Shown: positions 58,734 to 64,000 of the stretch, one piece after another
Position numbering within the stretch: position 1 is the stretch's first letter
Layout: every line of letters starts with the position of its first letter
Assembly: GCA_963727625.1 (NCBI GenBank)
Contig: CAVSHR010000004.1
Span: forward strand, 704,001 to 768,000
DNA length: 64,000 nt
Source: an uncultured delta proteobacterium
GTDB taxonomy: Bacteria; Desulfobacterota; Binatia; UBA9968
Direction of reading: 5' to 3'
Notes under the pieces: generated by a model
The model's database searches: none
What the model saw: only the letters and a program-made list of their open reading frames with translations
What the model was told of the DNA's origin: nothing
Made by a program: the position numbers and the translations under genes

Positions 58734-58868
58734 GGGACCTTCCGAAATCCTACGGCCCTTGCGGCTCGGATATCATGGACAATCACAGAGCAGGATGCTC
58801 TCGATATGATGACGGTCGCCTCGTTGCCGCATCGGAGACTTGATGAGGCGGTAAAAACGGGCGCTTAA
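58734..58868 (+). pseudogene. C-terminal relic of a TIGR02391 (Ymh/HEPN-like) protein
   Basis: GTFRNPTALAARISWTITEQDALDMMTVASLPHRRLDEAVKTGA*; family motif FRNPTAH has H changed to L. Confidence 0.75.
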
Positions 58869-58930
58869 CAAACGGCTTGAGACGGATCTTCGGACCCGCT
58901 CGCTTCGCTCGCCAGTCTTCGTCCGTTCAG
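58863..58930 (+). mobile_element. Truncated integron attC site
   Basis: R'' GCTTAAC overlapping the stop; arm C(T)TGA(G)ACGGA pairs with TCCGTTCAG; central CGCTCGCTTCGCTCGC; R' missing. Confidence 0.65.
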
Positions 58931-59200
58931 AGAAGGGAAACGATTGAAGGTCCAAGGCGTGGTTGCGCAGAGGTTGGTTCAATTTCGCGTTACAACGGAC
59001 AATTGCACTGATTTCCCTAACTGTCCGATACCGAGAAAGGCGACCAGTAAGTGTTACGGCTACGACACCAAACACGACGCAGCCCGGTCGCGTACGGACT
59101 TCTTATTCCTGCCATCGCTTGACGTAAGCACCACTCGGTAAAGATTTGAATTTACCGCCGCCAGCCCATATGATTTCTCCTCGATTGGAGAAAAACATCT

Positions 59201-60658
59201 ATGGACACGATTCGATTTGTCGATACCACGATTCGTGACGGGCATCAGAGTTTGTGGGCGGAAAATATGACCACGGGCATGATGCTGCCGATCGCCAAGA
59301 ATTTGGACGACGCGGGATTTGAAGGCATCGAGCTGATCTCGGGATCGCATCTTAAAAAAACCGTGCGCGAACTCAGAGAAGATCCCTGGGAGCGCGTGCG
59401 GCTGGTGTCGAAAATTATCACCAAGACGCCGCTCAGGCTCATCGCCGGCCGGGTGAATACATTTGAATACAATCCGCCCGCCATGTACCGGCTGTTCGTC
59501 GAGCGCATGGCCGCCAACGGCATCCGCGAGGCGCGCATCTCGGACGAGTGGAACGATTACGAAGGCTGGAAGTTCCGCGTCGGCGAATGCCATAGAGCCG
59601 GTCTCAAATCGATTTTGAATCTGATCTATTCAGTGTCGCCCAAGCATAGCGACGAATACTTCGCCGACCGCACGCGCCAGGCGGCGTCCCTCAAACCCTA
59701 TCGCCTCTGCCTCAAAGACCCCGGCGGTTTGCTCACGCCGGAGCGCATGGAGACTCTGGTGCCGATCATTTTCAAGAATGCCAACGGAGTTCCGGTCGAG
59801 CTGCATACCCATTGCACCACCGGATTAGGTCCGCTTTGCTGCATCAAGGCCATGGAGCTCGGCATCCGCTCGATCAACACGGCGCTGCCGCCGCTGGCCG
59901 ACGATTCCTCGAATCCGTCTCTGTTCAACGTCGCAAAGAACGCCCGCGCGCTCGGTTACGCCACGGCCATCGACGAAGAGCTCTTACAGCCGGTTTCGCG
60001 CCATTTCACCGCCATCGCCAAGCGCGAAGGCTTCACCATCGGTGCGCCGGTGGAGTACGACTACAGCCAGTACCAGCATCAAGTTCCGGGCGGCATGTTG
60101 TCGAATCTACGCTTCCAACTGCGCAAGGTCGGCCTGGAAGATAGATTTCCCGAGGCCCTGGAAGAAACCATCCGCGTTCGCGCCGAGTTCGGCTATCCGA
60201 TCATGGTGACGCCCTTGTCGCAGTTCGTCGGCAGCCAGGCGGCGATCAACGTCATCGTCGGCGAGCGCTACAAAGAAGTGACGGACCAGGTAATCAAATT
60301 CGCCCTCGGCCATGCCGGCGCCGAAGGCGCGCGCGATATGGATCCAAACGTGAAAGACAAAATCTTAAACCGGCCGCGCGCCAAGGAGTGGGCAAAATGG
60401 ACGCCCGACAAACCGACGCCCGATGAGATGCGCCGTCGGCTGGGCGCGGAAGGGACTTCGGACGAAGAGCTGCTGCTGCGCTGGATCGTCGGCAAGGACG
60501 ATATCGACGCCATGCGCGCCAATCCGCGGCCGCTGGAATATTTGAACTCCGAGCAGCCGCTGGTCAATCTCTTGCAGGAGTTATCCAAGCGCACCAAGAA
60601 CCGCCAGATTCATGTTCAGACACCGGGATTTTCGGTAACGCTGGAACGCCGCGCATAG
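59201..60658 (+). CDS. Pyruvate carboxylase B / oxaloacetate decarboxylase alpha-like carboxyltransferase, no biotinyl domain
   Basis: DTTIRDGHQSLWA, CLKDPGGLL, ELHTHCTTG, HQVPGGM, YPIMVTPLSQFVG. Confidence 0.9.
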   Translation: MDTIRFVDTTIRDGHQSLWAENMTTGMMLPIAKNLDDAGFEGIELISGSHLKKTVRELREDPWERVRLVSKIITKTPLRLIAGRVNTFEYNPPAMYRLFVERMAANGIREARISDEWNDYEGWKFRVGECHRAGLKSILNLIYSVSPKHSDEYFADRTRQAASLKPYRLCLKDPGGLLTPERMETLVPIIFKNANGVPVELHTHCTTGLGPLCCIKAMELGIRSINTALPPLADDSSNPSLFNVAKNARALGYATAIDEELLQPVSRHFTAIAKREGFTIGAPVEYDYSQYQHQVPGGMLSNLRFQLRKVGLEDRFPEALEETIRVRAEFGYPIMVTPLSQFVGSQAAINVIVGERYKEVTDQVIKFALGHAGAEGARDMDPNVKDKILNRPRAKEWAKWTPDKPTPDEMRRRLGAEGTSDEELLLRWIVGKDDIDAMRANPRPLEYLNSEQPLVNLLQELSKRTKNRQIHVQTPGFSVTLERRA

Positions 60659-60669
60659 CGCGGCGTTCC

Positions 60670-60805
60670 GTTCAAAAGTTCAACGTTCAAGCGTTCAAAG
60701 TGCCGGATTAGGAATACAAGCTTATGCCAACAGACTTTGCCAGTGCTGCTGGCAGTTACGACGGGACCGATGAAAACATTGAACCTTGAACATGGAACGT
60801 TGAAC
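60670..60805. repeat. Intergenic palindrome family A
   Basis: GTTCAAAAGTTCAACGTTCAAGCGTTCAAAG ... TTGAACCTTGAACATGGAACGTTGAAC. Confidence 0.85.
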
Positions 60806-60881
60806 CAGGCGGTCGCGCCGCCTTGAACAAAATTTCCCGGAGTGCAATAACCAAAGAAACTTGACGAGGAGGCCCGAGACT

Positions 60882-61739
60882 ATGGCAAGAGATATTGTCG
60901 CAATCGACGTTCACGTCCACTTATCCGATGAGGTGACTCAGAAAGCCAAGGGCGATCGCACCGCACAGATGGCAAAATACTTTGGCCGTGCAAGACCGCC
61001 GGTATCCATCGACGAGATGGCGGATCAATACCGCGCGCGCAAGATGATGGCCGTGATCATGAACACGCGCGACGAAACCGTGACCGGGTTGACTCCCGTA
61101 CCCAACGATTATGTCGCCGCGGCGGTAAAAAAACATCCGGACGTGTTCTTGGCCTTCGGCGCCATCGATCCTTGGACCGGCAAGCTCGCGTTGGACGAAA
61201 TTAAACGCTGCAAAGACCTGGGTCTGACCGGCATGGGCGAGCTCAATCCGGCGCGCCAACACTTTTTTGCCAACGACGTTCGCTTCTACCCGCTCTGGGA
61301 ACAATGCGCCAAGCTCAATATGCCTATTCTGTTTCACGGCGGGATGGCGGCTGCCGGCGCCGGCACGCCCGGTGGCATGGGTATTAAATTGAAATACAGC
61401 CAACCGATTCATCTCGACGAAGTCGCCGCGGATTTCCCCGAGTTAAAAATCATCAGCGCCCATCCGACCTGGCCATGGACCGCGGAAAGCCTCGCCGTCG
61501 CGCGTCACAAAGCCAACTATTTCATCGACCTCTCCGGCTGGGCGCCCAAGTATTTTCCGGCGGAGCTGGTTCACAATGTCAACACGCTACTGCAGGACAA
61601 GGCGATGTTCGGCTCCGATTGGCCGGCCATCGGCGTCGAGCGCTGGCTGGAAGAATTCCAGCAGGTCAACATGAAGCCGGAAGTGCGAAAAAAGATCATG
61701 CTCGACAACGCTTTGAAGTTCTTTGGCATAACGCTGTAG
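60882..61739 (+). CDS. Amidohydrolase family protein (CouO / beta-ketoacyl-CoA hydrolase-like)
   Basis: AIDVHVH, LFHGG, GAGTPGGMGIKLKYSQP, AHPTWPW, DLSGWAPKYF, FGSDWP. Confidence 0.88.
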   Translation: MARDIVAIDVHVHLSDEVTQKAKGDRTAQMAKYFGRARPPVSIDEMADQYRARKMMAVIMNTRDETVTGLTPVPNDYVAAAVKKHPDVFLAFGAIDPWTGKLALDEIKRCKDLGLTGMGELNPARQHFFANDVRFYPLWEQCAKLNMPILFHGGMAAAGAGTPGGMGIKLKYSQPIHLDEVAADFPELKIISAHPTWPWTAESLAVARHKANYFIDLSGWAPKYFPAELVHNVNTLLQDKAMFGSDWPAIGVERWLEEFQQVNMKPEVRKKIMLDNALKFFGITL

Positions 61740-61831
61740 GAGAGTTGGAGTGATGGAATACCGGAGTATTGGGGCAGTGGTCTCGGACAACTCGAAACCC
61801 ATTATTCCACCACTCCATCACTCCGGTATTC
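61739..61831. repeat. Intergenic palindrome family B
   Basis: TTGGAGTGATGGAATACCGGAGTATTGG ... CCATTATTCCACCACTCCATCACTCCGGTATT. Confidence 0.85.
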
Positions 61832-61847
61832 GAATGATGAATTCGTA

Positions 61848-63320
61848 ATGACCACCGACGGCATCCGTTTCGTCGACACCACCATCCGCGACGGGCATCA
61901 GAGCTTGTGGGCGGAGAACATGACCACCGGCATGATGTTGCCGGTAGCCGAAGCGATGGATCGGGCCGGTTTTGACGCCATCGAATTAATTTCCAGCTCG
62001 CATCTTAAAAAATGCGTGCGCGAGCTTAAGGAAGATCCGTGGGCGCGAGTCAAGCTCGTCAGCCAGCGCATCACGCGCACGCCGTTGCGACTGAACGCCG
62101 GCCGCTTTAGCGCCTTCGATCTCACGCCGCGCTCCATGTACCGGCTCTTCATGGAGCGCATGGCCGCCAACGGCATCCGCGAGGCGCGCATATCGGAAGA
62201 ATGGAACGAGCTCGAAGGCTGGGCTTGGAAGGTTGCCGTCGCCCGCGACGTCGGCATCAATCCGGTGCCGAATATTATTTATTCTGTCTCGCCGAAACAC
62301 ACCGACGAATATTTCGCCGAGCGCACTCGTAAGGCGGCATCGCTCAAAGTCAATCGCCTCTGTCTCAAAGATCCCGGCGGTCTGCTCACACCCGAGCGTA
62401 TCCGCACGCTGGTGCCGATCATGTTCGCCAATGCCAGCGGTATTCGACTGGAGCTGCACACCCACTGCACCACCGGCCTCGGGCCGCTGTGCTGCCTGGA
62501 AGCGGTCAAGCTCGGTATCAAGATCATCAATACAGCCCTGCCGCCGCTGGCCGACGGCTCGTCGAATCCGTCATTGTTCAATGTCGCGCGAAATCTCCGC
62601 GCCCTCGGCTATCAAACGCTTATCGACGAAGAGGTTCTCAAGCCCGTGTCGGATCACTTCACCTACATCGCCAAGCGCGAAGGTTTCCCCATCGGCGCGC
62701 CGTTGGAGTACGACTATTCTCAGTACCAGCATCAGGTGCCCGGCGGCATGATTTCCAACCTGCGCTTCCAATTGCGCAAAGTCGGCATGGAGAGCAAAAT
62801 CGACCAGGCCCTCGAGGAAACCATGCGCGTGCGCGCCGAGCTCGGTTATCCGATCATGGTCACGCCGCTGTCGCAATTCGTCGGCAGCCAAGCCGCGATC
62901 AACGTCATCGTCGGCGAGCGCTACAAGGAAGTGACGGATCAAATCATTCAATACGCGCTCGGCTACTGGGGCAAGGAAGGCGCGGAGCTGATGGACCCAA
63001 AGGTCAAAGCGAAGATTTTGGATCGCCCGCGCGCCAAAGAATGGGCCGGGTGGCAGCCCCCTGAGCCGACCATCCCCGAGCTGCGCAAGAAAATGAACGC
63101 CGAGAGCGTCTCCGACGAGGAATTTTTGCTCCGCTGGAATTTAAACGTAGATGAGATACAAGCGATGCGCGCGACCGGCGCGCCCAAGGAATATCTGACC
63201 TCGCGCCAGCCCCTGGTGAATCTGCTCGACGCCCTGGCCAAGCGCGGCGACTACCGCCAGATCGTCATTCAGAAAGGCGACATGGTCGTGTCACTCAACC
63301 GCAGTGCGCCGGAGGCGTGA
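61848..63320 (+). CDS. Second PycB/OadA-like carboxyltransferase paralog, no biotinyl domain
   Basis: Same motifs as 59201..60658 with long identical peptide blocks. Confidence 0.9.
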   Translation: MTTDGIRFVDTTIRDGHQSLWAENMTTGMMLPVAEAMDRAGFDAIELISSSHLKKCVRELKEDPWARVKLVSQRITRTPLRLNAGRFSAFDLTPRSMYRLFMERMAANGIREARISEEWNELEGWAWKVAVARDVGINPVPNIIYSVSPKHTDEYFAERTRKAASLKVNRLCLKDPGGLLTPERIRTLVPIMFANASGIRLELHTHCTTGLGPLCCLEAVKLGIKIINTALPPLADGSSNPSLFNVARNLRALGYQTLIDEEVLKPVSDHFTYIAKREGFPIGAPLEYDYSQYQHQVPGGMISNLRFQLRKVGMESKIDQALEETMRVRAELGYPIMVTPLSQFVGSQAAINVIVGERYKEVTDQIIQYALGYWGKEGAELMDPKVKAKILDRPRAKEWAGWQPPEPTIPELRKKMNAESVSDEEFLLRWNLNVDEIQAMRATGAPKEYLTSRQPLVNLLDALAKRGDYRQIVIQKGDMVVSLNRSAPEA

Positions 63321-63377
63321 ACGCGCCGCCGTGATTCCAAGCACGCCCACGATCACGATCGCGAAATTATAAATAAA

Positions 63378-63743
63378 ATGGATCGCTTTTTTTTCACCGC
63401 TGGAGCCGTGATGGCCTTTCTCGCCGTCGGCCTCGGCGCCTTCGGCGCCCACGCCCTGAAAGACCGTCTCACGCCCGACATGCTCAACATCTTCGAAGTC
63501 GGCGTGCGCTATCACATGTATCACGCGCTCGCGCTGCTCGCGGTCGGCTGGGCTTCGTCGCGCTGGCCGGAGAGCAACCTCAATACCGCCGGCTGGGCGT
63601 TTATCGTCGGCATCATCATCTTTTCCGGCAGCCTCTATATCCTCAGCATTTTCGGCATCCGCTGGCTCGGCGCCATTACGCCGCTCGGCGGTCTCGCCTT
63701 TCTGCTCGGCTGGGCCATCCTCGTTTGGTCCCTCGGACGGTGA
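63378..63743 (+). CDS. DUF423 membrane protein
   Basis: AVGLGAFGAH.LK, RYHMYHALALL, FSGSLY, GAITPLGG. Confidence 0.93.
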   Translation: MDRFFFTAGAVMAFLAVGLGAFGAHALKDRLTPDMLNIFEVGVRYHMYHALALLAVGWASSRWPESNLNTAGWAFIVGIIIFSGSLYILSIFGIRWLGAITPLGGLAFLLGWAILVWSLGR

Positions 63744-63756
63744 CAAATAAACAAAG

Positions 63757-63822
63757 TTGGAGTAACGGAGCGCTGGAGTATCGGGAAATTCGACCCAGCA
63801 CTCCAATGGTCCATTACTCCGA
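63757..63822. repeat. Intergenic palindrome family B
   Basis: TTGGAGTAACGGAGCGCTGGAGTATCGG ... CCAGCACTCCAATGGTCCATTACTCCG. Confidence 0.8.
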
Positions 63823-63865
63823 TTATGCTTTTGCGTTTTCCCATCCCATCGTTTAGCCTTTTTCT

Positions 63866-64000
63866 ATGATTATCGGCGTGCCGAAGGAAATCAAAACCGA
63901 AGAGAACCGCGTCGCGGTCACGCCCACCGGCGTCGCCGGCTTTGTCGCACACGATCATCAGGTGCTGATCCAAAAAGACGCGGGAGCCGGCAGCGGGCTT
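63866..64000 (+). CDS. ald: Alanine dehydrogenase, 5' part (runs off the window)
   Basis: [23 protein letters not shown]...[13 protein letters not shown]. Confidence 0.9.
   Translation, partial: MIIGVPKEIKTEENRVAVTPTGVAGFVAHDHQVLIQKDAGAGSGL

Noticed and set aside
5660-63822. Short-unit repeats as CRISPR arrays
   Set aside because: Units are 7-9 nt, tandem and arranged as inverted arms; no 23-47 nt direct repeats with unique spacers and no cas genes.
1-64000. tRNA, rRNA, transposase, integrase or prophage genes
   Set aside because: No cloverleaf/T-loop signatures, rRNA-like tracts, or DDE/tyrosine recombinase motifs were recognised by eye.

Overview
Bacterial chromosomal window with no rRNA, tRNA, CRISPR array or transposase that I can support. 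The abundance of amidohydrolases, MmgE/PrpD, VOC, cupin and NitT/TauT-like solute-binding proteins resembles Candidatus Binatia/Binatota (inference). Housekeeping content: xth, bolA-grxD, an ECF sigma/anti-sigma pair, tatA, a TonB-like protein, folD-gcvTHP and the start of ald, mixed with many catabolic enzymes. Items missed by the ORF track: (1) a peroxiredoxin-like probable selenoprotein (in-frame TGA in W-U-x-x-C, candidate SECIS) next to bolA-grxD; (2) a sigma70 promoter, SAM-I riboswitch and terminator controlling a moeB/thrC-like/moaD-like/cysM/NIL operon, consistent with sulfur-carrier-dependent homocysteine and cysteine synthesis; (3) a decayed, integrase-less integron cassette cluster (attC sites, TIGR02391/HEPN gene relics) at about 58.1-58.9 kb, plus two promoter + GTTAG (attI-like) modules; (4) four families of intergenic palindromes built from 7-9 nt tandem units; (5) gene relics (HsdR C-terminus, SBP C-terminus, DUF1989 N-terminus) and sigma54/ECF promoters in front of small secreted proteins. 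All family assignments are by motif recognition; no searches were run.
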